Shown one piece after another: positions 38,304 through 51,701 of a DNA stretch of 64,000 nucleotides. A program made the position numbers and the translations under genes. The notes beneath the pieces were generated by a model. It was not told the origin of the DNA. It ran no database searches and saw only the letters and a program-made list of their open reading frames with translations. The stretch comes from Pavona decussata (taxonomy: Eukaryota): assembly GCA_977016875.1 (NCBI GenBank), contig CDRNST010000060.1, forward strand, positions 1,240,001 through 1,304,000. The letters are read 5' to 3'. The first letter of the stretch is position 1, and each line of letters begins with the position of its first letter.

Positions 38304-38917
38304 GGGAGCTTTCCAATAGACCCTTCTCCAAAATGGCGGCAACAGATTTGAATGAGTTAAAATTGAACTGAATGAAAAACTGATACCAGCACTGGAAAGA
38401 ACACCTTTACTTTAGTAACCCTGCAAAGTTTCAGCATATTGGGTGTTATGTCAGCTTAGGAAATGTAAGATGAAATTTAACAAATTTACAGACGTTTGTA
38501 TGACTGGGGGTATACGTCATACCACCAGTCATACAAACGTCTGTAAATTTTTCATTTTTCAACTTACATTTTCTCAGCTGATATTACACCTGATATGCTG
38601 AAACTTTGCAAGGTTACTAAAGTAAAAATGCCCTTTCTTGTGCTGGTATGCGTTTTTAATTTTAACTTATTTGAATTTTCGGCCGCCATTTTGGAGAAGA
38701 GTCTATTGTGAGAACTGGCCGGCCAGACTGATCAGGTCGTAAATGGAATGTACGAATTTGAAGGTTGAGTTTTATTATAGTCCTTCAAATTTCTTTAAAA
38801 GTAGCGCGTACCATTTTCGGAATAATTATTTTTCAAAAGTTCGCAGCAACATCTCTTGAAAATGACGCATTCGATTTAGAGACTGGCCGGCCAGTCCTGG
38901 CAAATGGAAAGCACTCC
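38304..38917. mobile_element. Harbinger-type MITE whose left TIR is split by a nested palindromic MITE
   Basis: Left GGGAGCTTTCCA[insert]TTGTGAGAACTGGCCGGCCAG, right CTGGCCGGCCAGTCCTGGCAAATGGAAAGCACTCC. Confidence 0.8.
38318..38704. mobile_element. Foldback MITE with AT TSD (ISL2EU-like)
   Basis: TIRs AGACCCTTCTCCAAAATGGCGGC and GCCGCCATTTTGGAGAAGAGTCT. The inverted similarity extends to the centre at ~38510. Confidence 0.9.
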
Positions 38918-39748
38918 TAGTTCCATAGTTAAAGCTAGGCTTGAGTGGACGTCATTAAGTACTTGTAGGAACTCTGTCGCTGCTTCTATGTTGGGCATTA
39001 TGACCAGTGTGTCGACATATCTTCAATATTAGTAGGGTATCATGTTACCTGCTCTAGTTGGTTCTCTGTCATTTTAACAGTGTTTCATCGACCCTATTAA
39101 GAAAATGTAAAGGCGACGGCTTACAAATCTACAACCTCTTGCTGCCACCCACATTGGCACAAAGACCCATACAGTTGAAGGGACCAACATCAATTTTCTC
39201 CTTGCATCCCTGCAATGCAGCCCGGTGATGAGACAAAAGTATGTTGGTGTTCCACCAGCCGAGTGACAAATTATATTATTTTGTTAATTAGTAAGACAAA
39301 TGTTTCAAGTTCTATAGACTCTCCTTTAATTAGCTTTTGATTAACACTCGTGAATTTAAGCAAACCATTTCCTGTTGTCTAAGTATATCTTGTTATATGG
39401 TTGTCCAGTTGACCCGACGTATGTCTAGTGACTCGCAGTGTGGTGCATACCGTGAGAGGAAGAAAACTGGAATATTAAATTTGATTCCTATGCACTGAAG
39501 AATTTTCAGCTATTTTTTTTTTTTTTTGTATTTGGAAATGTTTAAGTTGTTGAGACATTTTTTTAGTCATAGGATGTGAACTATAAATGATTTTCATCCA
39601 CAGTGTTGTATTCATTTTTAATATTTATTGACCTTATGCAAAAAGGGCTGACATTTTAATATTTTTTTGCCTGCATTCAAATTAGCCCCACTAGCCTCAA
39701 GAACGAGGCTAGTTAGGCTATTTGAATGCAACTGCAAAAGAGTATTAA

Positions 39749-40082
39749 GGACGGTGCCTACTAATACAGAAGTATTTTTGTGTGGTTTATCACTATGCGG
39801 GAAAAGCAGTTTTAGCAAAGGCTGTTGGAATCCCAAAAAAAATTGGGTGTAACCACGCATTTTTGAGAGATAATTAAGCAACAATAATCCAATGTATGGC
39901 ATTTTTTTCCCAAATTTATTATCTCTGAAAAATGCATGGTTACCCCCAGTTTTCTTTTTGGATACCAAGAGCACTTGCTAAGTTCTGCTTAGTTTTAAAC
40001 CGTGCAAAAATATCCCTGTATTAGTAGGCACCACCCATAGGAAAGCCGAATGTATGCGTAGTAACAAAAGTAGGCACCGTCC
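39749..40082. mobile_element. TTAA-flanked MITE (Kolobok-like)
   Basis: TTAA|GGACGGTGCCTACT...AGTAGGCACCGTCC|TTAA. A decayed relative lies at ~53880-54212. Confidence 0.9.
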
Positions 40083-40808
40083 TTAAATTATCAGCCATTA
40101 TTGCATAGGCTCTATGAGTGCCAATTTTTTTTACGGACATCACTTTTATCTTTACTTATCTAGTTCCAGAAAGATCTCTACAAGCTTGTTACAGCTTTTC
40201 TCTAAACAAAGGTCCTTCACAATATCACATCAAAATTCACAGCATTCGTCTATATCTGGTGACTCACATTGAAATATACGAATACTGAACTAGAACATTC
40301 AACAGTTAATGTAAAACAGCTACTTACATCTCGTGAATAATTATAACAGTTTCGAATAAACCGTTTTACTTCATTTTTTTTAATATACAGTCATAATTGG
40401 GTTGACCAGTTGTTCTACGTTGCAGTGCCTCTGTGTTTCACCAAAAAATTTCCCATAGTTTGCCTTTGGAATGTTTATATGTAATTTCGCCGAAGATCTG
40501 GTCACGGTGTTAAACATGTGGATAGTTTCATCCTTTGTCAAGTACTCTTTGAACATTTTGATATTCAGCGAAGTCCCTCAGTTTACGCTATAACATGTTC
40601 GAGTTATCTGTGGTAAAATTTCACCGTCGCGACTCAACGGGAACGGGTTCAAGATATTGATGCACCCGGCCACGCAGTGGTATACTTTTAACTCCCAATA
40701 TTCACCAGACCCCTCGTCCCAGCTTCCCTAGTCAATGGGTCGATGGAAGCTCATAGCTTAAGTCCCTTTCAAGCGAGTTGGTTTTTCACTGTTTCTTTCT
40801 TTTTTTAA

Positions 40809-41195
40809 AGGGGGTTATGTCACTTATTTGTAGTGCCACTTTAAATGGTCAAAAAACCTATTGCACGGATGTAAACGTCAATTTAATGGTTCAGATTTGT
40901 TAACATTAACCCAGCTAGTGCGAAATAACTGCTATCTGATTATTAATCTTTGCGGTTGGCTAGGATGAAAATGGATTGGAACTTGAAAAAATTGGCAAAC
41001 AATTTTTTTTAAGTTCCTTGTTCATTTTGGAGAAATTGCTAAAGACTGCTTATAGTTTATTCTTCCTCGGAGAAATCTTTGCCATATTTTCCTCCTGGTG
41101 CTCTAAGAGCAATTTTGTGTTAGAGAAGAGGTCCTTAGTCAAATATTTGAGACGTTTTGACCAAAATTCAGCAAAATCTCCGTGACAGTGTCCCT
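40809..41195. mobile_element. TTAA-flanked MITE (Kolobok-like)
   Basis: TTAA|AGGGGGTTATGTCAC...GTGACAGTGTCCCT|TTAA. Confidence 0.75.
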
Positions 41196-42861
41196 TTAAA
41201 GGTGGTTACTAGTCGCTTGGATCATGATTGTCGTTTACTCATAAAATAATCAACAATAATCAAATTATAGACTGGTTCCGAGCAAAAATAAATTAAAACC
41301 AGTTTTAATCGATAAAGTCCTACTTTAGGAATTGGGTTTCTAGACGGCCTGACGCAGTTTCGTACTAATATAGAAACGAAAATATTCTTTTTAAGAGGAT
41401 AACTGATTTCTTAACCCCAAGCAGATTTTGGTATCAAAAACAAAATAATTTATTACTTTTTGCTGGTTTATTTAGGTTTCTTTGAATTGAGCGATGTGTT
41501 ACATCGAGAAAACTCTAATTCTTAAGTTGTGAATGTTCTTGTGAATCGAAAACACCATTGCTGATAGATGTGGTTTATCGCGCCGTTGTTTCGTGACCGG
41601 AAATTGTCCCTGACCTTAGCCGTATTTGCAGACTTAATGGAGATAAGCGGTAAATTGCGTGAACGGAAATGAGTGTTTGAAATCTTAAAATTCAGCATTC
41701 ATGGAAAGATTTAAAATCGGATAGTTTTACCCTTGTTCATGAATTGTCTGCCTTGATTTAACTGAAAAAAATCATCTTTCTTGCCGTTTCAATATTCGGA
41801 GTTGTTTTTACTCAAAACCTGGAATCCACCAGTATTTTGGCACTGAAGTTTTTAGTTACGCATATTAAATAAAACTTTTCAGTAGATTCCACGATAGCTT
41901 AGTGGTTTGACAACCCTTTTAACCTTAACGCTTCTATTACATTGCTTATCAGGTGGCTTATGGCTTATGACCGTTTGCCATGTGTGCCAGCTTTCAAGTT
42001 TCAATTGAAGTTTGTTTATTAAACCTTTAAGCGAATGCCATTCATCCCGAGCATTTATTGAGCACTGCCTTCGTCCGGTATAGTAGTGTTTGCGATGCTT
42101 TACAAAGTTGGTCTTACTTTTTAATCCGGATGGAATCCACAAGTATAACCATTCAGTTGGAAGCTCAGTATTTAGCAGCACTTTGCTGTGATACTGCTTA
42201 TTGTGCCCATTCACTGCAATGTGGTTCCAAGTAAATTTTGAGCCTGTTCCAAGTGGCGTGAACCCTCGGCTTCGTCGAGTGATCACCTTGCTGTTATTGA
42301 CTGGCCAGTCGTTACGACGGATTGTGAGAAAAAGCCCTGTGGAGGGTTATAAACTATCGAGTCTGAAATGTCAGTCGTCTCCTCCACCTAACCTGTGAGC
42401 TAGGGGGAGGAGACGGCTGACATTTCGTACTATAAAACATCCAGTTAAAAATGTAAAAAAAGCAATCTTCCCGTTGTTTTGCCTTCTGTGTACCATTGTG
42501 CACATCATACCGTTGCTTTGGACACCAAATTGCTTGTACCTGAAGCCCATACCCAGGGTAATGAGCATGGCAAGCAAATTTTTGAAACACCCCTTAAAGG
42601 TACCAAAATCTTTGTTTTATGGGCGTAGCGGAAATTCGTTTTCACCCCTAAGGGATGCCAATTCAGCAACAATTATTACACTCTGCACATTCTTTCATTG
42701 ATGAGTCAAAAATAATACTCAGTTGACTTACAGATTGTCCCCTTTATATTTTACAGGTCAATGCCCTAAAAGGCACCACACTAACTCCAACACTGGTCAT
42801 TTTAGATTTTCTGATCACCACATTCGCTACCCCTCCACAAATTTAGCCCATGTCTACTGGG

Positions 42862-43365
42862 AGCGACCTGCACCGTTTACAACTGTCTTACATGGTTGGT
42901 TGAAAGAACAAAAGAACGAACAACAGGACAATGCAGCTGCAGGTTATCAGGGTCCATTGAAAATAGAGCTTTTGAAACGTGCAGGTCTACTATGTATAAA
43001 TGGTACGACAATCACCCCTGTCAATTTTGTATTGGAGTGCCTCCTCCCCCCACCCCCCACCCGGTGTGCATATGTGTTGTAACAGATCTTGGCTGGAGCT
43101 TTGACACTGAAAGGAAAAGTAAGTTGCGAAGGACGTTGTGAAGTTACCAGAGAATCTCTTTTTGAGGCCTTTGTTTAATATACTTTGCTGGAGAACTAAC
43201 AAAGTAAAAGAAAGAAAATACGAAACTACATTTTGTGAAATAGCACCACAGAAAAGAACAAGGCAAAAGAGCGAACAACAGGACAATGTTCCTAGCCCTA
43301 AAAAAACAATGAAGCTGCAGGTTATCAGGGTCTAGTGAAAATAGAGCCTTGTGTAGGTCTATTGC
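42862..43365 (+). repeat. Two copies of an interspersed repeat (GAACAACAGGACAATG...GCTGCAGGTTATCAGGG...TGAAAATAGAGC...GGTCTA)
   Basis: Copies at ~42880-42990 and 43255-43362. Further copies at ~49700-49848(-) and 60683-60836(+). Confidence 0.8.
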
Positions 43366-46300
43366 GCTGAGTAACTTTCCTTCATTTTGAAAGATGAGGA
43401 TTTTAAATCTTGAAAACATTGACCTATATATTTTCCACGTTTCCTGTAATCCGTCAATAAAGTTCAATTGTGCTTTTGAATGATTACCAGTGCAGCATTA
43501 AAATAGGTATTTTCCTTCCGATTAGAAATTAGAGTATCCTTCTTGAGCTCTTTTTCCGAACTATACGGAAAATTTGAATATCTCGGTATTGATAAAAATA
43601 GGTACATTTGAATGCACTCGTATGACATGAACAAACGTAATTAAAATTACAACCAGTTTTTTTCGCTGAAAGGAAATTCGCCTAGGGCAGTATTATGTTA
43701 ACATGGCTGAATTGATCTTTAGTCATTTAAGCCTTGCAAGGAGTTTGTGTATGTAAAGATCGAACTACGGCGCCTGTGGATTGTTTTTCGTCGGTTTTCG
43801 ATCCAGATTAGCCCATTACCTCCCAGTAATGCCACAAAACAAATATTCAAAGTTATTTTAAAAATAGCGAAAAATGAAAAATGCCAATAACAGTAATGAA
43901 AATCACAGCTTAAGAGTTTTCATTTGAATTGTGAAATTACCAAATCCTATAGCATTCTTATAGTACTGTAGGAAAACCCGCTCAGTAACCGTTATTTTTT
44001 AATGATCGCACTATACGGACTCGAAGCTAGAACCACCTTGTAAAGCATAATAAACAGGACCACCAGTCTTTAGTCTAATGAGACAGCCTGCATTTGCATC
44101 CACACACAGACTCAAAAACACGTAACTTGATTCAAGGGTTTACCGGGGTAATAGGTTAACGCATTTTTGTGCAAAACACAGCTCACTGGCTTGGCTTTGC
44201 ACAGTATGCCACTTCAAGCTAAAATTAACTCAATCAGTTGACCCCCACCTGTGCCGAAACTACAAATTTTGAAGATTTTGAAAAACATGTACTCAGAAGA
44301 CATCTAAATAGAAGAACACGGCGCCGCAGTTTCTTTTTAAGTCATAATTTGAAACTTTATTACTTCTTATCTGGGCTAGCTAGAATGACATCACAAGAGG
44401 TTAACGCGAAATTAAAACATTCGAACGCTGGGGACATGATAAATTGTGGGCTGACGCAGTTGGAGGACTGGTCAAACACAAAGTAAATTCGCCAAAACTG
44501 CGAGATAACGGGAGTATTCTGTCATGAGAATGATGAATTATTCGGTCAGTGACATAGGCATACTAGGAAAGAAAATCTGAGTTCCAACCTAACAGGAGTC
44601 GAACCTATGACCTTCTGATTATTGTGATTACTAGTTCGGATGCTCCAGCACTAAGCTATAAGAGACTCGTGGGAGCTAAGGCCATTAAACTAGGTTTAAA
44701 CTGTTCTTTCCTGTGGGCCGAGACTTTTTTAGCCTTGTAAAAGAAACCAAGACTCCGAGACGCCTTCGATAAGCAACTGAGACGGTGTAACCTTTGCAAT
44801 TTGACTAAAATTTTGTAAGGCTCGTGATTTTTTGAAAAAAATGTTTCGCCACCCCTTGTTGGCTTTCGGCCAGGCCCACAGGCACTAAAATAAAAGTTGC
44901 TGATTGGGGCGGGACGGCTTCCTGATGTACTGTTTCTCTTCCAATATTAAATGCAAATCGTTCTCCTCAATTATTCAGCCAGTTAGACTTCAATCTTGAA
45001 ATGGACGCCTTTGCTGAGGGGTAAGACAAATAACTGCTTTACACGACACCTCCAGCTGTAAATTATGACTGTCACATTTGAGCTTGGTGTACAAACAATG
45101 ACACATTTTAATTTTCTGAATTCGCAAATAACGTCTACGAACATGATTTTATCTTTGCAATTATGTCAAATAATCTCTCTTTAGATGTTTCGTAATTTCA
45201 TTATCACCTTATGATTGTATTACCTATTGTATTATTATTATAAATTAATTAAACTTATTTTGTTTCGGCAAGTGTTGGGCGAAGAAATATTTCGTATTTA
45301 GAGAACTGTTCCCTTCAAAGACACCTATGCTAGGTTTACCCAGGCATTGGTTAATTTATAGGCAGTTGAACTGTTAAAAACTTAATTGAAATGTTGCCCT
45401 ATTAATGCTATTAGAAGGAGTAAATCATGCTTTTCTATGGTGAAGATCGGAAGCTACTTTACTGCTCTTGTGCAGATGCTGCAGCTGTGAACAGTTTATA
45501 AATGTGCTCCTTTTGGAAGGCCAACAATGTTTGTTCTCTGAGAAAATTGTCCAACGTGAAGACTTGTTAAATCGATAGCGAAAGCATACAAGACGCCGTG
45601 TCATGTGATGTCGTTGCATCTTTTTAAGTCTATGGATGTAATCCTTGAAGTCTGACCATTCAAATGGACGCCATTGAGCTGTACTTCGCTGTGGTGGTTT
45701 TTATTGTGGTGTGCATGTTTTCTCTAGCTTTTGAGTTCGTGGATGAAATCATAAAGTGGGACTACTCGAGTGAAAGTTGTTGTTACTGCGTTTGTTTATT
45801 GTTTTTTTGCAGCAAGAAAATTTGAACTATTTTTTATTTTCGTTTCATTTCGAAACTCCCCAAATTAAAGTTGAAAGGTTTCTCAGTACGTAAATCAAAC
45901 GTTTTGAAACGTTATCGAACCTCATATGAAACGCTACATACAAGTAACGAATTGTACCCAGAAAAGAGGTCAAATTCATTTGCCAAGGATTATATGGACA
46001 AATAACATGCATCCGAACCTCCATAAAAAAAGGACATCTCGATATTTGAGAGACGATCCTGTTAACTCTTCATTAATAATTCCACCTGACTTTGGCTCTT
46101 TTTAGTTCAGTATCTTCACTTGAATGGTTGAACAGTTATTTTATAATGCCCTTGCGTGTTGTCGCAATGTTAAAATGTTGTTTTCGTGGTTGAGATAAAT
46201 ATAAGCTTCTAGATTACTGTAGATTTTAGGTGTTTTTTCCAATTGACATCCATGTCGCTGTTGTTCATCTCTTTTATCTTAGAAACGTATCAAAACAGCT

Positions 46301-46406
46301 CTCTAGTCTGTGTAGGCAATCCTGAGGCGGCGATTTGAATGTTAAGTGGAACAGCCAATCCGCCATTGCCGTATAATTTTAGAAGTCATTGTCGTGTACA
46401 ACTCCT

Positions 46407-46988
46407 CTATGTTCTGTATTCTTTGTAGTGTTGGTAACCTGAAATTGTTATCGATACATTCACGGAGTCGCTTTCCTCGGCCATATGTCTTTTACTTTGT
46501 CGTCTATGCAGCTTCTTCTTCCAGTGCATTTGTTCCGTGTTCGTTGTCTTGGCGTCTACGTCGGCTGTCGGCTTTGAGTAAGACACGCGCGTGCTATTAG
46601 AATTATCTTGCTGGGCACGAGGCGATGGCCGTTCCGGGCGATGTAACTTTGCTTTTTTCCCTCGCCTCCGTTTCCTCTCGCTCGATATTCCATCCTTCCT
46701 TGTGACCAACTGAACTTGCCCGCTGTGTATTTGAGGTAGTTTTGTGGCAATGTCCTTTGCTTGTTGCGAGCTCCGTAAAATTTCTGTCATAGTCATTGGA
46801 AGATGACTAGAGGAGCTTAACGCAGGAAGACGGATCGATTCCTCCACGAGTTCCTCGAAACTTTTGTCCGTGTTCTGTTTCACGTCCCCGTTTGAATTCT
46901 CCATTCCAGTGTGTTGTGAATTGACCCGTTCAGAATCGTCTTTCGTCGCAGTAGTGAACTTGTGTGTCATGATTTTTTTACTTCCCAT
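46407..46988 (-). CDS. Orphan gene D: uninterrupted ORF, 193 aa, basic and probably disordered, with an NLS-like RKRRRGKK
   Basis: ATG-started 193-codon GC-elevated frame. Motifs RLPAL, KLPQI, RPERPSP, RRQS. Confidence 0.7.
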   Translation of the reverse strand: MGSKKIMTHKFTTATKDDSERVNSQHTGMENSNGDVKQNTDKSFEELVEESIRLPALSSSSHLPMTMTEILRSSQQAKDIATKLPQIHSGQVQLVTRKDGISSERKRRRGKKAKLHRPERPSPRAQQDNSNSTRVSYSKPTADVDAKTTNTEQMHWKKKLHRRQSKRHMAEESDSVNVSITISGYQHYKEYRT

Positions 46989-49900
46989 CAGATCACCGCG
47001 GAAATATTTAAGTTGTCTCTACATTATTTGCACTAGACATCGAAATCAACACCAGCGTTGTTTTTTGTTGTTTTTGACATTTGTGTTTACCAGTGTTTTT
47101 GCAATAAAGGCGTTGTTTATCTTCAAATCTGGCTTCAATCCTCGACGAGGAAGACTCAACGTTTTCAGTGCACTCTTTCAACAGCCTCGACCCAAACAAA
47201 TGGAGGCTACAATGGATAAAGAATAGATTGTGCGAAATCAAACACCGCAAAGAATTCTGCGAATTGCAATTATTCAGAATAATGACAGACAACATCTCCA
47301 GCTCATGACCTATACCTTGACCCTTCGTTTTCAGTTTGTGTTTAGGCTCGCCGATTTAGCCTGTAAGCTGATAAATACTTGTTTTAAAAGATCATAAGGT
47401 GTTAGCGAACAAAACTTGTCCTCTTAACGCAAAAAAGCGGGCGCAGCTGGAGCAAAGAATCAGGGAATGTAATTGGGTGCGAAACGCTTTTTAGCAATCC
47501 AACAAAGTGAGGGTTTAGTATTAACATTACCCGCTTACAAGACAAACACCTTGACGTTTCCTCTGATGCTTTTACTTCGCTAAATTACACAAAGAAACGC
47601 TTGATTGCTCCTTGTTTACTTACGATCGCCTTGTTTTTGCATAGAAAGGTTCGCATTTGATTGGAAACGCAATGCTATTAATTGTTTTCGCAATGGGAGG
47701 CCAGCTTCAGGCGTTCAAGTTTACTGCTCAAAGTTATTTTAATTCTGAGGAATTTAAATCTTTCGCGCATGATATTTAGCGGTTGAACCAAGACTTCCTT
47801 TAATCTACATACTTAAAAAATTGTGCGTTAACGTCACGAACATCTCACGGCTTCGATCGAGGTCAAGTTTTACTTGGGCAGTTTAATTAATAATAAAATG
47901 TTCACGTTAAATGTAAGCCACGGCGTCTAAAATAAAATGTCAAGAAATATTTGGTTGAGAAAAATTGCCGTTTGTATGGAAGTGAACCAGCACATTTTTC
48001 ATTCTTATCGTATGTCATATTTTTAGCGAGCCCATGTTCTACTTAGCCTTTCAATGTACTTCCGTTGCTTGCATAGTATATATTTATAGCATTCATTTAA
48101 TTAGTGTTTGTTGTGCCAGAGCATAAGTCATCTAACAAAGTTGAAAATCTGGATTGGACATTGAAGTGTGGACTCTGATCTTCGACATTTCAAAATTTTC
48201 AAACGACGGAATTAAGCCGGACTTGCGCATTTTCTTTTCATTGTTGTCCAATTTGCTCAGTCTAATTTTCATCCTTTAACATCAATTAATTTTCCCCTTT
48301 TTCCGTCATACACTTGATGAAAGTGTTTCAAAATGCATTGATTTTTCCACGCAAAGAACATTATGCAAAAAAAAATAATGACATCACGTAAAGGGGGTGT
48401 CCGCCTTACCTCGTCTCCCTTCATGGTTTTTGTCCTGGTTTTCCGTGTTTTCGCCCCTCGTGAAAAACCAATAATTGGGAAATTACTATTCTGGGGGGGT
48501 GGGGGGGGGGGGAGAGGTGGGTGCTGGGAGAATGATAGTGCATTTGGTTGTGAATCTCTTTGACGATGACTTTCATTGTCGCCATTTTGGATTAGAGTTA
48601 CACGAACATTGTTCTATTCAGATAATACACAGCCTGGTCATGCTCTAATTGGTATTCTAGGTGATCCGATTTTATTTCGGACTCTTCCGCACCGAACTGC
48701 AGCCGCAAATGTGTGTGAAGGGCTTGGTGGAAGAGAAGCGCAAGTGACCATTTCGTCAGATAAAGTATATTTTGGAATTGCATTATACAATGATCCAGTT
48801 TTTAATAATATATTATATCATATTGCGCATGTTTCATGGAAGATGACGAAATGCGCATCACAGTAGGCTCATTTCGAAATATTGAAATTGAACTTGACAT
48901 CGAGGCCCAAAGGACAAAAACAACAGAAATGAATAAACATGATTAATGAATTTTCTTTGTTTGTGTCCTCAAGATGAATTTTGTAAAAGTGGAAGGAGCC
49001 TATTCACAGTGGGAAAACAAACACTCATCAATCTTTATTCCAGATTTTAGTTCCGGTAGCTTTCACGAAAATAAAAGCAATCTTAATAGACTGTAAATCT
49101 GAAAATTAGCATTTTATGAGGATTTCTTTTGCAAATGACGGAAAATCTAATTAAACGCACGCGCCATCGAATAGGTTTCATTACATGCCATGTCGACGAT
49201 TAAGCTTTGAGAAAAAAATGTTTTAACCAGATGGCTTCCGAAATATTTAATATTGTTCGGTTCGCGGTGTCGAATTTTTAATCACATATCGTGTGATGAA
49301 CTTTTCACCTAACGTCAAAAAAGGGAAAACTATGGGGGTTTCTCTGACAAAAAGGGATAAATTTTCGACGATAATTTCGTTGGCCTCAAGTTAAGCCGTT
49401 AATTCCCCATTAATCGCCAAGAACAACTTGAAGATGATTTATGGGCGATTTATGCTCCCCAGCAATTCAGTTACCGTGTTTATTTATTTGTCTGGGGCCA
49501 CATGCATAGCGAGAAAAAAAAACACAAGTAACTGTAAGTCGTACTAGTCATTAAGTTATTTTGTCTTTACTGTGGAAAGTTTAATTCTGACTGATAAGGA
49601 AGCGTGTTTTAGAAAATAGACCCAGTTGGATTTTTTTTCTGAGTTTTCATGTAGCATTACCAGAACAGATTAAGTGTTAAATTTAAGTTGTATACCCCAT
49701 TAGGCCTGCACCTTTCAAAATCTCTATTTTCACGGGGCCCGGTTAACCTCCAGCTGCACTGAATTTTAGGGCAAGGAACATTGTTCTGTTGTTCGTTCGT
49801 TTCTTCTCTCGGCCAATCATGTAAGACGTTGCAAACGGTGTAGGTCGCCACACATAGTGATTTAAAATTTTTAATGATATGAGCATGCTCAGGTTGTCTG

Positions 49901-51701
49901 AAAACGACTTACGTCCAAAAAAATTGCTTTAGCGCCCGGAAAGGTAATTTTGTTTTTAGAGCTCAAAAGAGCGCACCTATTGGAGACAGGGCAATCATTT
50001 CGACAGCCATTTATTTCGGATTTGAGGCAAGCACTTGGATATATGGGCAAAACGTTAAATGTGAAAGTAAAAGGATACTGTGAAGTTATTTTTTCCACTC
50101 CATTGGGAAATCACAATATTAACTTAAAAAAAATGCCGCATAAAATTTATGTTGGCGCGTCGAATGGCATACTGGCTTAGTGACCCAGTGGTTCAGTAGC
50201 TCCCACGATCCTTCCCGTAGCTAAGTCGGTAGAGCATCCGAACTAGTAGTCAGAAGGTCATATAGGTTCGACTCCTGTTGGGGAAGTTCTGATTTTATTT
50301 TTCCGAGTTTGCCTTTATTACTGACTGTAACAATTTGTCCATCGGCTTTTCTCGTTCTTCTAGACTTTTCCTCACAGTGCCATCATAATTTTATGGAGCC
50401 ATGAAAAGTCATTTTTTCAGTAACCAATACATTCCAGTTTACTATACGTTCTGAACTTCTGCTCATAATCGTCTCCTTGGCGGCTATTGCGAGAAATTGT
50501 TTTCCTTATATCCTATATTTATTTATTTATTTTTGTTGTAGAACCTCGCCGACAGTAGGAACAAATAAGACGGATGAGACGGATAATTATTGAAAACGGT
50601 GAGCCAGCTTTGCCCGAATAATACTAGTAATAATTATAATACTCTGATCACGAGGGCGAAATCTTCTCCGGCGCTTCAGTGTCCAAGATGTTATTGCTTT
50701 TGCCGGATAATCGCCTCCTATTAGCTGTATCAGCTGGTCTTCAACTGAGCAGTTAGCAAGAAATTTTCCTTGACCACCTTCCCTGTATTCATGACGGCTG
50801 ACGATTGGTCATTAAAGGAGATAAATTTTATCTCGGTCCAGACTCCCAATTGGCGGATTATCAGCTCGTCGCGCGACAGATTTTAGACTTCATCTGATTT
50901 AGTTTTGATGGTTTAGGATTTGCGACTTTTCTGGTAAAATTTTGTACGCCGGATATTGACTTTCATTACAGTTTTTGTAAACTGGACCGAGGAGGATTAC
51001 GTTTGGACCTTGTACTGCTCTGTCTGTGGATATTTCTTCAAAGCGTTTGATTAAATGGTTGAAATATTTTATCCCACAATAACTATGCGAAAAAAAGAGA
51101 ATATTCACTGCCTCGGCCAGTACCAGCCAGTACTCCCTGTCTCAGTTCTTTCAGTGCACCAGGCTTTCAGAATAGTGTGCACTGACTTTCGGTAAATTCA
51201 TAGATGAACCTATACTACTACTATTTTTCTTTTTTTCTTTCTTTTTTTTTTTCACACGTGTAAAGTCAATTTTGTCACGATTGTTCCATTAGTAATTATA
51301 TAGGCGTCAGTTAAGACTTGTTACGCTATCAACAAGACAATCATGATCTTTATTTCAGGGTAACTAACATTTTCTCCTAAACAGATCAAAGTATCGTTTC
51401 TTTAAAATACTTTGCATTAACATGAACTATGAAAATATAACGAGAAATCTTTTAATGCTGACTGAAGGTGAACGGAGCCTTTTCATCTCGATTCTCTTCG
51501 CTAGATGATGTTTTAACGTGCAAAAACGGAATGTCTGAAAATGTACTTTGAACTGAGTCCTTTTTTCGTAGATTAATGATATTAGCACGTGCGTGATTAT
51601 GAAAAATTCCACAGGAAAACGAATGTCTGAATAAAATGGCAAAGCAACAAGCTGTGATATAATATTACACAAGAAGCCGGCGCTTAATAATTTTTATTTC
51701 T

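Noticed and set aside
48493-48522. G-run as a functional G-quadruplex (also C/G runs at 35905 and 54088-54125)
   Set aside because: Homopolymer expansions within repeats or intergenic DNA, with no supporting context.
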